A stretch of 64,000 nucleotides of DNA from Octopus sinensis (GCF_006345805.1 NC_043002.1:24428001-24492000); one strand, 5' to 3'. Positions 12,661 through 25,678 are shown, counted from the first letter of the stretch. Numbers and translations are program-made. The notes: generated by a model not told the origin, from the sequence alone.

Positions 12661-13139
12661 CAATGGTGGTCACTATATCTGATCACTTGACAGCTAGAAA
12701 TAGCAGCAAAGTCTCTTTCAAACCATATGGTATTGCCTTTGTAAAGAGAAGACATTGTATAATGCACTGTGAGTTAAATGATACTTGCAAAGATTGGACA
12801 TAGAATGTCTTTGATCACAGATCTTTTCAACAAGGATAGACCTGGGTCTAAGCAATAATGATAGCAATGACAACAACAATAAATGAGAGAGAGAGAGAGA
12901 GAGCATCTCTATGGTTGCTCAACCTGCAAGAAATAACAACCAAGCCTCCCTCAAATTTGTCTAATATTAAAAAAATTGAAAAGACACACTGGATAATGTA
13001 ATCATAGATGCACCAGTGTTAGGAATAAAAGTTAGGGCAGTCATAGATGGAACAGTTTTAAATATGTTCCCTCAATCAGGACTGATTAGGGGAAGCAGCA
13101 GCTGCATCAATAATGACTATCAAATTTTTTATGAAGCTG

Positions 13140-13737
13140 TTATTACCTCCGCCTTAGCAAAGGTGAGGTATTGTTTTCAGTCACGTTTGTTTGCTTGTTT
13201 GTCCATGGACAAGATATCTCAAGAACCACTGGATGGATTTGGACTCATGACTAGCACAAACTAATTAGATTTTTAGGATTTTTAGGCGATGAGCTGGCAG
13301 AATCATTAGCATGCCAGGCGAAATGTTTAGCAGTATTTTGTCTGCCGTTATGTTCTGAGTTCAAATTCTGCCAAGGTCGTCTTTGCCTTTCATTCTTTCG
13401 AGGTCGATAAATTAAGTACCAGTTATGCACTGGGGTCGATGTAATCGACTTAATCCCTTTGCCTGTTCTTGTTTGTCCCCTCTATGTTTAACCCCTTGTG
13501 GGCAATAAAGAAATTAGATTTTTAGGATTGATCCAATACCAGACAAGGATTCTGGATTATTTTTCCTGTTTTTATACCTAATTTTTGAGAGCAGTCAGGT
13601 TCATTTTTAATATTTGCATTTGTGAGAGCAGTCGAGTTTATTTCAGATATTCTCATTTTAAAAATCATCTCTGGCTAATCGTTTAGGGGATGTTGGTGTT
13701 ACCTTGGTGGAGGTTTGTGCTCTCGAGTGCTCTTGTA
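13140..13737 (+). mobile_element. Helentron-associated non-autonomous element (HINE/DINE-1-like) interrupted by a SINE
   Basis: 5' ttattACCTCCGCCttagcaaaggtgaggt (subTIR plus hairpin) and a (gttt)n tract. 3' ccttGGTGGAGGT followed by the hairpin gtgctctcgagtgc, i.e. the asymmetric subTIR layout of Helentron HINEs. Confidence 0.65.
13285..13512 (+). mobile_element. tRNA-derived SINE family A with TSD
   Basis: A-box (agctggcag) and B-box (gagttcaaattc); conserved core gcctttcattctttcgaggtcgataaattaagtaccag; flanked by the direct repeat aattagatttttaggatt. Confidence 0.9.
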
Positions 13738-14082
13738 CTTGTGATTATTACCGTAGTTAATGCTGCTGCTGTTGTTGTTGTTGTTGTTGCTCTTGGTATT
13801 TTTTTTATTGCTATCATTGTTGCTGTTTAGTTGAGGTCAGACCTGATCAAGCAGCTCGAGAATCAAACAACCCAGTCTTGACCATCCTGTCTTTTATTCA
13901 GATGCAGTGTATCTATGTATAATCCAATGTGTGTTATGACTACAGGGCAAAATCTGAAGAAGATTTTGTTGCTATTTCTAGCTGATCGAGCGATTGCATG
14001 AATGCTTCCACTGCTCCTGCCTTTGCTGCTATTGTATTGTTGCTGTGATTGTTGATGTCATTACTGCTGTTGCTGGTTGCTG

Positions 14083-14450
14083 TTGAGCGAACGGTCTTCG
14101 TCCCAGAGCTCGCAAGATAGGAGAAGTCTGAAACGTGGCCCTTTGCTATTCGTAAGACCCGCAGAAGAGAAAGCAGGTCAACCCCCGACACCGAGAGCAT
14201 CGACGGATGGATGAATGCGCATCCAGGCTCAGCAGTTGTGTAGGAAGTTGGGGACAAGAAACAGGAAGAAAGTGTGAGAGAAAGTTGGGGCGAAAGAGTA
14301 CAACAGGGGTCGCCACCACCCCCTGCCGGAGCCTCGTGGAGCTTTAGGTGTTTTGGCTCAATAAACACACACAACGCCCGGTCTGGGAATTGAAACCGCG
14401 ATCCTCCGACTGCGAGTCTGCTGCCCTAACCACTGAGCCATTGCACCTCC
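14083..14450 (-). mobile_element. tRNA-derived SINE family C (tail type 1) with 15-bp TSD
   Basis: Minus-strand head ggaggtgcaatggctcagtggttagggcagc...ggtttcaattccc (A/B boxes); TSD actgctgttgctggt at 14063-14077 and 14453-14467. Confidence 0.9.
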
Positions 14451-15033
14451 ACACTGCTGTTGCTGGTATTGTGGTTGCTGTTATTGTAACCAGTGTCATA
14501 TTGTTTTTGCTGTTAACACTGTTACTCTAACATTAATGTAAATTGTGACAGGATTTCAAACTCACTGCAGCAAGAAAGCAAAAGCAATGCTTCTATTGAT
14601 TTCAATATTATTTATATACCTAACTGTACCATGAAGTGATGCAGCTAGATATATGCAGAAGTAAATGTCTCAATAAAAGAAAAAGCATACAGTCAAATAC
14701 TAGATTTGAACCTGCAACTATTTTACCTTCAAGGTGATACACAAGAAACCCAGCTAATTATGACATGACTCATGCGCGTACATGTGCGTGCATACATGCA
14801 AGTGCAGGCTTATGCAGGTAATGCGGTTAAAAACTTCATGACTCAACTATGATTTTAGGTTTAGTCCTACTGTAAGGTTATTCGAGGAAGTGTCTTCTGT
14901 TATCTAGTCCCTGGCCAACGAAAGGTTTGTGAGTGTACTTTAGTAGACAGAAACTGAAAGAAGTCCATTGTGTGTGCCCGTGCACTCGTGTGTGTCTATC
15001 TATCTATCTATCTATCTATTATCTCTCTCTCTT

Positions 15034-15065
<32 letters not shown>

Positions 15066-15499
15066 CACACACACAAACACACACACATACACACACACAC
15101 GCACATATTTATATATATATATATATGTATATAAAGAGAGAGAGAGAGAAAGAGAAAGAGAGAGAGAGAGACACACACACACATACACATACATTCATTT
15201 GAGCACTATTATGTGTTTTCTGACCTGAGTATATCTAGCTCTCACTGATTGTCTCTCTATATATATACACATAAACATGCACACATATATATATATTCAG
15301 ACAGGCACACTGGCAGGCACAGGCATGGCCATGTGGTAAGAAGTTTGCTTCCCAACTACAGGGTCCAGGGTACAGTCCCATAGTTTGCTGCATTGGGCAG
15401 GTGTCTTCTACTGTAGTCTTGGTCTGATCAAACCCTTGTGAGTGGATTTGATAGACAGGAACTGAGAGAAGCCCTTTAAGTATACATAGATATATATAT

Positions 15500-16235
15500 A
15501 TTCAAATATGAATTAGAAGCAATGCATGTGTAGTAAACATCATTGATCACACATCCTCAATGTATGTATTTTGCTTGTTCATCAATAGGCTGCGATTTAG
15601 CATGGTGGGGGAGACTCCTTCAAAGCGCCAGTCGTTAAAACACCTGAAAGTCATAGACAGGTGAGACAACTCATCCCAAATCCCATTCAGGAGCAATGTA
15701 AATCAATATTTAACTAGTTTTGTGGCTTATCAATATCAGGTATGTGATGCTGATTCAGGTCTATGACTTTTAGGCATTTTAACATCTGTTTCTTTGAGGG
15801 AGTCATCCCCACCATGCTATGTCGTAGCCTACCAGAGAACATGCAAGCTCAGACATTGAGTATAGGTGGTTGATAATGTTTGCAACACCAGTGTTGCTTC
15901 TAATTCAGACTTGAATTTATTCTTATGTACGCATCATCATGGCATACCGACAAATGGTTTTTACACTATTTGTATAAAGTCATAGACTGGTGGTTCTGTT
16001 TGGCTCCTATTCAATTCAGGAATTTTAAGTTGATAAGCCACAAAAATTGCGAAATATCAATATCCATCACTCCTGAATAGGATTTGAGGTGAGTCGTCCT
16101 GCCTGTCCATGACTTTCAGGTGTTTTAACACCTGGTGTTTTGAGGAAGTTATCGCCCCCACACTAAATTGCAGCCAACTGGCAAACATGTAAAGTGCATA
16201 CATTTCAATATGTGTGGTCAGTAATGTTTGCACAC
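15500..16235. repeat. Three-copy inverted array of a ~155-235-bp unit (forward, reverse, reverse)
   Basis: 15500-15657 is the diverged reverse complement of 15758-15916; 16030-16235 is the reverse complement of ~15530-15735. Confidence 0.8.
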
Positions 16236-16261
16236 ACACATCAAATATATAATATGTATAC

Positions 16262-16313
<52 letters not shown>

Positions 16314-16345
16314 TTTATTTTAAGCAGCAGAAAATTCAACAAAAT

Positions 16346-16383
16346 CTGTTACTCTGAGTTTCTCGTTGCCGTTCATCAGACAG
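16346..16383 (-). ncRNA. Minimal type I hammerhead ribozyme motif
   Basis: Minus strand reads CUGU-CUGAUGA-ACG GCAA CGA-GAAA-CUCAGAG-UA-ACAG. Intact core, GNRA-capped helix II (closing pair A.A mismatched), quasi-palindromic helix III, GUA triplet, and AAUAAA ~25 nt downstream. Confidence 0.8.
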
Positions 16384-16469
16384 TTTTTGCTAGAATGGAA
16401 CCGATATATCAATTCAATCTAGACTCTTACAAACGCTACACCTTTAAAAAAATGGACTTGTTTGATTGG

Positions 16470-16752
16470 CCCTTTAGAAAAAACGGTCAATCTTCGAGCA
16501 ATAAACAAAAAGGTCAAAAATATATGTATATATATAAAAACTTATAAAAATTATAAAATTCGAGGAAAAAACCTTACATTGAATAAATACATATTGACGT
16601 TAATGAAGAAAGCATAATTAAAGCATAGAAATTAAAACCCATTATAAATATTACATTGCAATACATATTTATATTAAAGTGTACATATATATATCAACAT
16701 ACACAGAAGGATGCGTGCAAACGCCATACATATACAGACGTATAAATATAAA

Positions 16753-16794
<42 letters not shown>

Positions 16795-17080
16795 CCCTTT
16801 AGAAAAAACGGTCAATCTTCGAGCAATAAACAAAAAGGTCAAAAATATATGTATATATATATAAAAACTTATAAAAATTATAAAATTCGAGGAAAAAACC
16901 TTACATTGAATAAAATACATATTGACGTTAATGAAGAAAGCATAATTAAAGCATAGAAATTAAAACCCATTATAAATATTACATTGCAATACATATTTAT
17001 ATTAAAGTGTACATATATATATCAACATACACAGAAGGATGCGTGCAAATGCCATACATATACAGACGTATAAATATAAA

Positions 17081-17116
<36 letters not shown>

Positions 17117-17547
17117 TTCCAATTGCTGTTTTTACTGAGATCTCCCTTTTTAGTAGAAGAAATAGCTATAACCCTTTGACTGCTATTTCTAAATTCGGTA
17201 TGTGGTAAGGCAATTCGTTGCTAAACCCTTTATTGCTTAGTATATATATATATATATATTATCCCTTTAGAAAAACGGTCAATCTTCGAGCAATAAACAA
17301 AAAGGTCAAAAATATATGTATATATATATAAAAACTTATAAAAATTATAAAATTCGAGGAAAAAACCTTACATTGAATAAAATACATATTGACGTTAATG
17401 AAGAAAGCATAATTAAAGCATAGAAATTAAAACCCATTATAAATATTACATTGCAATACATATTTATATTAAAGTGTACATATATATATCATCATACACA
17501 GAAGGATGCGTGCAAACGCCATACATATACGGACGTATAAATATAAA

Positions 17548-17595
<48 letters not shown>
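16470..17595. repeat. Three nearly identical ~320-bp direct repeats separated by (TA)n
   Basis: Units start ccctttagaaaaa(a)cggtcaatcttcgagc at 16470, 16795 and 17263; a ~130-bp unique spacer lies at 17113-17240. Confidence 0.92.
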
Positions 17596-17600
<5 letters not shown>

Positions 17601-17610
17601 AATATATTTT

Positions 17611-17911
17611 GTTTGTTCTTTCTCAAGTCATTCCTGGCTCATTAGGGCCGGTTTCCTGGTTTCCTTGGCATATAGGTTCCCCACCTGGATGGGACACCGG
17701 TCCATTGCAGGTGAGCTGCAAGATGCAGGAGGAAAGAGTGAGAGAAAGTTGTGGCGAAAGAGTCAGCAGAAGTTTCGCCATTACCTTCTGCTGGAGCCGC
17801 ATGGAGCTTAGGTGTTTCGCTCATAAACACACACATCGCCCGGTCTGAGATTCAAACCCGCGATCCCTTGACCATGAGTCCGCTGCTCTAACCACTAGGT
17901 CATGTGCTTCC
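17611..17911 (-). mobile_element. SINE family C (tail type 2, V-domain-like)
   Basis: Same head/body as 14260-14450. The 3' part reads ctgcaatggaccggtgtcccatccagg...aaaccgg on the minus strand, resembling the V-SINE domain. Confidence 0.8.
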
Positions 17912-18464
17912 ACACACACACACACACATCATAAAGAAGAATGGAGAATTATAAATCTTCGAAATTTGTTTATTACAATATTATTCTCATTAAATTCACA
18001 TTAATTTCAATTTGACATATATTTCTACTGGATAAGTGTCCTAAAGTCCTTTGATGTAACATTTATGTGCATTTAATTAGTTCAGTTGCAGTAAATATAT
18101 TCATCCAAAGTAGACATTCTTATGCAGCTTTGTTCAAGATTCTACCCATGCTGGTGGGTGGAGCAAATTGAGGGTTGAAGTGTTAGATAGTCCTTAAAGT
18201 ATATCCTAGGGAGGGATCATAAAACCTTAGGGTACATAAAAGTAGAGATTGATTTGAAATATGATAGGGCTATAATTCTGGTATTATATGCATTTCTCTG
18301 TCTCTCTCTCTCCCTCTGTATGTATGTATGTATGCATGCATGCATGCATGCATGCATGCATGCATGTATGTATGTATGTATGTATGTATGTATGTATGTA
18401 TGTATGTATGTATGTATCTATCTATCTTTCTTTCTATCTATCTATTTATCTATTCTTTTATTCT

Positions 18465-21400
18465 TTTACTTGTTTCAGTCATTGGACTGCGACCATGATG
18501 GAGTACCACCTTTTATTGAAGAAATCAACCCCAGTACTTATTCTTTGTAAACCTAATACTTATTCTATCAGTATCGTTTGGTGAATTGCTAAGTTATGGG
18601 AATGTAAACACACCAACATCGGTTGTCAAGCAATGGTGGGGAGACAAACACAAATATATATATTTATATATACACACACACACGTACACACACACACACA
18701 CGTACAGACACACACACACGTACAGACACACACACACGAATAGCATCACTCCTTCCCAGGTTCCCTCCCAGGTCCCTTTCCCAGTTTTCAGAGTTGGCAC
18801 TGTCAATTTAGGTACATTAAAAGGTAGGTCTAGCGAGATTGTTGGCATGCTTGAATGGAGACATGTAAATGTATGCTGCATCCAAGACAAAAGGTAGAGA
18901 AATGGGTGGATAAAGTCATAGAGGTAGCCAGAGTGTGCAATAGAGTGCTTAAGCTCAGGCTAGTCTTGCAAAATAGTATAGTGACAATTATCTCTGCCTA
19001 TGCCCCTCAAGCAGGCCTACCAAATGAACAGAGGGACCACTTTTATGATATTCTTCTGCAGGCAATCTCAAAGACGAGAGATAATAATCTCATCTTTGTG
19101 GCTGGGGACTTTGGATGGCAGATTGGTATCTTCCATGGTGTCCATGGGGCGGGGGGCATGGAATTGTGACTGTGCTACCCAGATCGATTACATTCTCACC
19201 AAACAGCTGGATGCATGGTTGCTCTTAAATACAAAAACCCTACCTGGTGAAGAATGTACTCCACCCTGGCATAAACTAGTCATTAGTGATTTTAGACTCC
19301 AGGCCAGAAAGATGCCAAAAAGCAAACCAACCTGGAAAAGAAGAATTTAGAAGTTTAAAGACCCTTCATATGGTCAGAAATTTAGAAACACCCTAACTGA
19401 GGAATTTGATGAGAGGGAGGAGGAGCTACAGACTTGTGACATAGAGGGCAACTGGGAATTCTTGTAAGACAGCCTGCTGAATGCCACAGACCAAATCTGT
19501 GGCTGGTGCAAAGTCCCATCCAGATCTAGGGTAATGTGGTGGTGGAGCAATGCAGTAGACAGAGCCATTAGAGAAAAGAGAAACTGGCTTGGAAGGCCTG
19601 GAAGAGTGGGGGTAGCAGGAAACTGTATCAGATAGCCAGAAGGTAAGCTAGGAGACAGGTATATCTAGCCAAGGGAGAAGCAGTAAAGAAATTATTCCTA
19701 TGTTCAGCGATGTGAGGATCAAAGAACTGAGGTGTTTTGGATTGCAAGACAGTGTGTAAGAGAAATTTGTGATGTCATAGGAGAGAAATGTGTCCACATG
19801 GATGATGGTGCACTTGCATTTAATGATTCTGCAAAGAAAGAGGCTTGAAAATGTCATTATGAATGTAGAGAATAAATGGAAGGAGGAGAGTCTGCCAAAT
19901 GTTGACCCAATTGAGGGACGAGCTACTTGAATCAACAGTTCCCTGGTAGATAAAGCATTTAAAAATATGAAGACAGGGAAGCCCCTGGCCCATCAGGAAT
20001 CACTGCTGAGATGCTTAAAATAGCTGGAGGTGTGATGTATGCTCTAGTCCCCCATATTGTAAATCAGGTGGTTTACGAAGGAGTCATATCCAATGATTGG
20101 TGTAGCAGCACCATAGTCAACTGCTACAAAGATAAAGGTGATGCCTTAGATAGAAATAATTACTGAGGTATCAAATTGTTGGACCAGGTGATGGAAGTTA
20201 TGGAGAATGTCATAGCCCAACTAATTAAGGAGAGAGCCTAGATGAGATGCAGTTTGGTTTTGTGCCAGGGAGAAACACCACTAAAGCTATATTTCTAGTA
20301 AGGAAGCTACAGTAGAAATATACAGACAAAGATAAACTTCTGTACTTGGCTTTGTTGACAGGGCACCCTGATCCCTTATCTGGAGGTCAATGCAGAAACT
20401 AGGAATAGATGAGTGGTTGGTGAGAGCTGTTCAAGCTATGTACAGGGATGCCACAAGTAAGGTGAGGGTTGGCAATGAGTACAGCAAAGAATTCAGAGTA
20501 CAAATGGGGGTTCAGCCCCCTCTTGTTCATCATAGTCCTTCAGGCAATAACAGAGGAATTCAAGACATGCTTCCCCTGGGAGTTCCTCTATGCTGATGAC
20601 CTTGCACTTATTGATGAATCACTACCAGAACTATAGAAGTTCCCGGTATGGAAGCAAGGTCTAGAATTGAAGGGCCTTAGAGTTAACCTAGCAAAAATCA
20701 AAGTCTTAGTAAATAGGAAGGCAAACAAATCACAAATCCCTTCAGATTGATGGCCTTGCTCGATCTGTAGAAAAGGCATAGGTAGAAACTCCATAAGATG
20801 CACTCAATGTAAGCTTTGGACACATAAAAGGTGCAGTTATATCAGAGGAAGGTTAATAGGAAACTAGATTTTGTATGTGGAAGATGCACAGTTAAAATAA
20901 ACACTGGAAATGTGCAGAAAATAGACTCTATCAGCTACTAGGGGAACAAGCTCGAGGTAGCTTCCTTTATCTAGGTGACCAAGTCAGTAGTGGAGGTGGA
21001 TGCTTCAAAAGCATAGTTGTGAGAATAAGATTAGGCTGGGAAAAGTTCAGAGAACTCCTTTGCTGGCAACAAAGGGTCTCTCTTTCAGAGTGAAAAGCAG
21101 ATTGTATGATGCCTGTGTGTGAACAGCTATGCTACATGGCAGTGAAACAAGGGCTGGGACAGCCAAGGACATGTGTAGGCTTGAAAGAAAGGAAGTCAAT
21201 ATGCTTCGCTGGATGTGCAATGTCAGTGTGCATGTTTGACAGAATGTAAGCATCATGAGAGAAAAATTAGGTATAAGAAGCATCAAATGTGGTGTGCAAG
21301 AGAGATGACTGCACTGGTATGGTCATATGATGCATATGGACAAGGACAGCTGTGTAAAGAGGTGCTGATCTCTAACTGTGGAGGGACCTGTAGAAGAGGT

Positions 21401-22126
21401 AGACCCAGGAAGACATGAGATGAAGTGGTTAAGCATGATCTTTAAACTTTGAGCCTTACAGAGGCAATGACCAGTGAACAAGACCTTTGGCGATATGCTG
21501 TGCTTGAGAAGACCTGTGAAGCCAAGTGAAATTGTAGTCATGGATGTTGGTGTAACATAACTGGTACCTGTGCTAGTGGAACGTAAAAAGTACAGTTTAA
21601 GCGTTGGGCCTCATGGAGGCAGAGTGGTTGAGTTCCTTTTGAGTGTTGGACCTCATGGAGGCAATGACCAAGATCTTTGGCATTATGTCATACTTGAGAA
21701 GAAGACCCATCAAGCCAAGCAAAATCATAGTTGTTGCAGATATTGGTGTCATGTAAATGGCACCCGTGCTGGTGGCACATAAAAGCATCCATTACACTCT
21801 CAGAGTAGCTGTTGGTAGGAAGGGCATCCAGCAGTAGAAAACCATGCCAAATCAGAATGGAGTGTGGTGCAGCCTTCCAGCTTGCCAGCCCTGGTCAAAC
21901 CATCCAACCCATGCCAGCATGGACAACAGATGTTAAATGATGATGATGATGATGGTGATGGTGATATATATGACAGGCTTCTTTCAGTTTCTGTCTACCA
22001 TGCCACAAGGTTTTGGTCAGCCTGGGGCTATAGTAGAAGACATTTGCCAAAGGTGCCACACAGTGGAACTGAACCTGGAACCATGTGGCTGGGAAGCAAG
22101 CTTCTTATCACACAGCTATGCCTGCA

Positions 22127-22130
<4 letters not shown>
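18465..22130 (-). mobile_element. SINE family B split by an RTE insertion
   Basis: The 3' half at ~18465-18660 and the 5' half at ~21965-22130 are both on the minus strand and collinear with 41826-42210. Confidence 0.8.
18742..21963 (+). mobile_element. Near-full-length decayed RTE-clade LINE (APE endonuclease + RT + PHD finger)
   Basis: FRVGTVNLGTLKG..CCIQD, IISAYAPQ, VAGDF, QIDYIL (APE). KAPGPSG, NY*GIKLL, QFGFVPGR, FLYADDL at ~20585 (RT). RGRPRKT; repetitive 3'UTR and (GAT)n tail. Multiple stops and frameshifts. Confidence 0.95.
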
Positions 22131-22194
<64 letters not shown>

Positions 22195-23439
22195 CACACA
22201 TACACACATATCCTCCTCATTATTTTATACTTGTTTTCTATATTGATATGAGGTGGATGGGTGACAATTCATCCAAGTCATTTTTTATTAGAAGCTGTTG
22301 TTCCCATAGACTGAAGCTTTGATTTCTATGGCTGGATTACCTTATTGTCACCAACCACTTGACAGAGTGTACTAGGAGTATTTTCTCAAGGCACCAATGC
22401 AAAAAAGGTTGTAAAAATGTCTTCAGAATCCTAATGTATTCTCTGCTCATTTGCCAACAACTTTACAGTGTGTACTGAACGAGAAATGGTACCTTGCACA
22501 CAAGACAGTGTAGAGAGTACTCAATGAACTAAGACATGTAGACCAAAGATGGGAAATAGAGGGGAGTGCAATGCCAGCAGTGAGGTTAGAAGTGAGAGAA
22601 AGAAGCAAATATGTAAGTGCAGAGAGTGTTCAATAACCTATGGTATGTACATTTTGTCAGGTAAGCAAGGAAGAGATAATAAAAAGGAGAGCAATGAAAT
22701 CAAAAGTAACTGGCTGTGTGAGAAAAGACATGAGCAGCAGTATGATGTAAACACCAGGGTTTTTAGGGTGGCGACATGCAAAGAGTGACTGGCAACAGCA
22801 GAGATAAACAAGAGTAAAGACAGGTGATGGGATAAGAAAAGGCGAGGTGATGAGTGGCAACAGAAGCAGCTCTGAAGAGTGGGGAAAATGATAGCATAAC
22901 TTCCCTCATCTACTTCTGACCTTGCTACTGGTATACTTGGCATATATGTCTTAGCGCATTGAATACTCTTGACATTGTCCTGTGTACAAGGCACATCACC
23001 TCTCCTGTGATGGTGCTACAATGAAAAGTAGTATACTAAGGTAAAGTTAGAATATATTGTACAAAGAGATGAAAATGGTCTAATGCAGTGTCTTATACTT
23101 AGGCCAAGAAAATGGATGAAAATCTCTGAGATACAAGTCTGATAAATGAGTAAGAGAGTCAGTGATGAAGATAATGTGGTCAGCACTGGTGGTGAGATGA
23201 GAAATGGAGAATAGAATATTATAAGTGGAAGAGAGAGAGAGAAAGAGAGAGGAAGAAAGAGAGATAAAGAGAAATAAAGAGAGTTTAAATATATAGGGAA
23301 CAAACAATTGAGTGATGAAGAATTCAAAGGATTTGTAGTGATAAGGGCAGAAAAATGTATGCAAGGCAGAGTATGAAGTATCTCAGCCTCTAAACACTGC
23401 TTTCATGTCAGGGTACATTTTGCTGTCAGAGAATTGTTC

Positions 23440-23945
23440 CACATATCACCAATCAGTACAGTCCTTTGTCATCTCTGTAAGGTGTGGTATCTTCAATTAA
23501 GCCTTCACTACTTCATTCCAAATCTTCCTTGATTTCCCTATTCCGTGGGTTCCATTCACTTAGATTTCTCAGCACTTTTCTTTATGCACCAATCATTCAC
23601 CATATGTATCACATGCCCATACAAATATAGTATTCTTTCTTGTACACGACAATTGATTCCTCATATACCAAGTTTTTCTCTCAGCTCATTTGTACTCTTG
23701 TGTTCTTGTGTTTATGCACACTAATATTACACATTCATTAAAGCATGCTTGCTCTGTGTCTTTCTCTTCCATACAGTCTGCATTCAAGGCCCACATCTCA
23801 CTACCATGCAGTATCAATGTTCTAACATAAAGAATTATACAATCTGCCCTTGCCAGCAGAAGTAATAGTTCCCTCGATTTTTTTCTAACCCATTCTTGCG
23901 CTGGCTACTATGCTTCTGAACACACCTCCTCCTCTACTAATTCAA
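23440..23945 (-). mobile_element. Old RTE LINE 3' coding fragment
   Basis: Reverse complement aligns to ~20990-21450 (..LHGSEMWAL..). Confidence 0.7.
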
Positions 23946-23965
23946 ATGAGTCAGCCAGCTGTCAT

Positions 23966-24008
<43 letters not shown>

Positions 24009-24057
24009 CGTGTGTGTGTGCATGTGTGTGTACATGTACATGTCATTGCCAGTACCT

Positions 24058-24279
24058 ATTTCTTTATTACCCACAAGGGGCTAAACACAGAGGGGACAAA
24101 CAAGGACAGACATGGGTATTAAGTCGATTACATCGACCCCAGTGCGTAACTGGTACTTAATTTATCGACCCCGAAAGGATGAAAGGCAAAGTCGACCTTG
24201 GCGGAATTTGAACTCACAATGTAACGCAGACGAAATACCGCTAAGCATTTCGCCCGGCGTGCTAACGTTTCTGCCAGCA
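24058..24279 (-). mobile_element. SINE family A, young copy
   Basis: CpG-rich, near-consensus reverse complement of 57077-57305. Confidence 0.9.
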
Positions 24280-24492
24280 CCGCCTGACTGGCCCCTGTGC
24301 CGGTGGCACATAAAAAGCACCCACTACACTCTCGGAGTGGTTGGTGTTAGGAAGGGCATCCAGCTGTAGAAATTCTGCCAAATCAAGATTGGAGCCTGGT
24401 GTAGCCATCTGGTTCACCAGCCCTCAGTCAAAATCGTCCAACCCATGCTAGCATGGAAAGCAGACGTTAAACGATGATGATGGTGATGATGA
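24280..24492 (+). mobile_element. RTE-LINE 3' tail fragment
   Basis: ccgcctgactggc...gttaggaagggcatccagc...gacgttaaac(gat)n. Confidence 0.85.
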
Positions 24493-25642
24493 ATGACTGA
24501 AAGAAATTACTTTGGAACACCATCTGCATGAAGAGCAAAGAGCAAAGCTCTGACTTAGCTATTTGTTATCCATGCAGATGGCATCCCAACATATATAGAA
24601 TTACGCATTAATTGAGGCAAAATTGAAGGGAAGAAAAACATTATTTGATCTTTGTGTGTGTGTATGTGGTTATGCATGTGTATCTGTGGATGGGTGTGTT
24701 TATGTGTGCATGTGTGTGTCTGCATATATGCAATGGATTGTTGAATGATATAAAACAAGGAAGAGTAATCAATACATTTGGTAGAATGTGTACATAATAT
24801 AGATATTATTGATTATTATTTTAAGATTTCAAATTTCACAACTCCATTGTTCAATTTTGCTGCCAGCTAATGACAATCATTGGATCAGATGACATTTTAA
24901 AACCTGACATATTAATAATTACATACTTATAAACAAATCCTTACATGCACTTGTAACTCCCATACACGCTCATACACTTACATATATAAGTATATATTGT
25001 AAATGTGTGTGTGTACGTGTGTGTGTGTGTGTGTGTGTATGTGTGTGTCTGTGTGTATGTACAAATAGCTATTCTTTTACGTATGTATCATTAAAAACAA
25101 CACAATACTCTAGTTTTAGCATATTTACAAACACATGAAGACACACATATGTGTGTGCATATGCATATGCATGCATATGCACATGTACACATGTGCATGC
25201 ACACACACATGTACATGCAGGCACACATATTCACTCATACGTACACACTAACACACATTCATACACACACGTTACTAACAGAAATAAATATTTTGTGAGC
25301 ATAATGAAAATATGCTTCTTTTTTTTGTTTATTTTCATTTTGTATAAACATTTTTAGCAGAGAGATGAGTAAAAGTGAAAATAAATTCATTCAATACATG
25401 TTAGAATAAACACATGCTCAATACTTTTATCTTTTATTTGTTTCAGCCATTAGACTATGGCCATGCTGGGGCACCACCTTGAACAATTTTAGTTGAATGA
25501 ATCAACCCCAGTTCTTATTTTTAAAGCCTGGTACTTATTCTATCAGTCTTTCTTGCCAAACCACTAAGTTAAAGGCTTGTAAACACACCAACACTGGCTG
25601 TGAAGCAGCAAGTAGGGGACAAACACACACAGACACACACAC

Positions 25643-25678
<36 letters not shown>

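Noticed and set aside
16470-17595. CRISPR-like repeat-spacer array
   Set aside because: Units are ~320 bp and separated by (TA)n; the context is eukaryotic and there are no cas genes.
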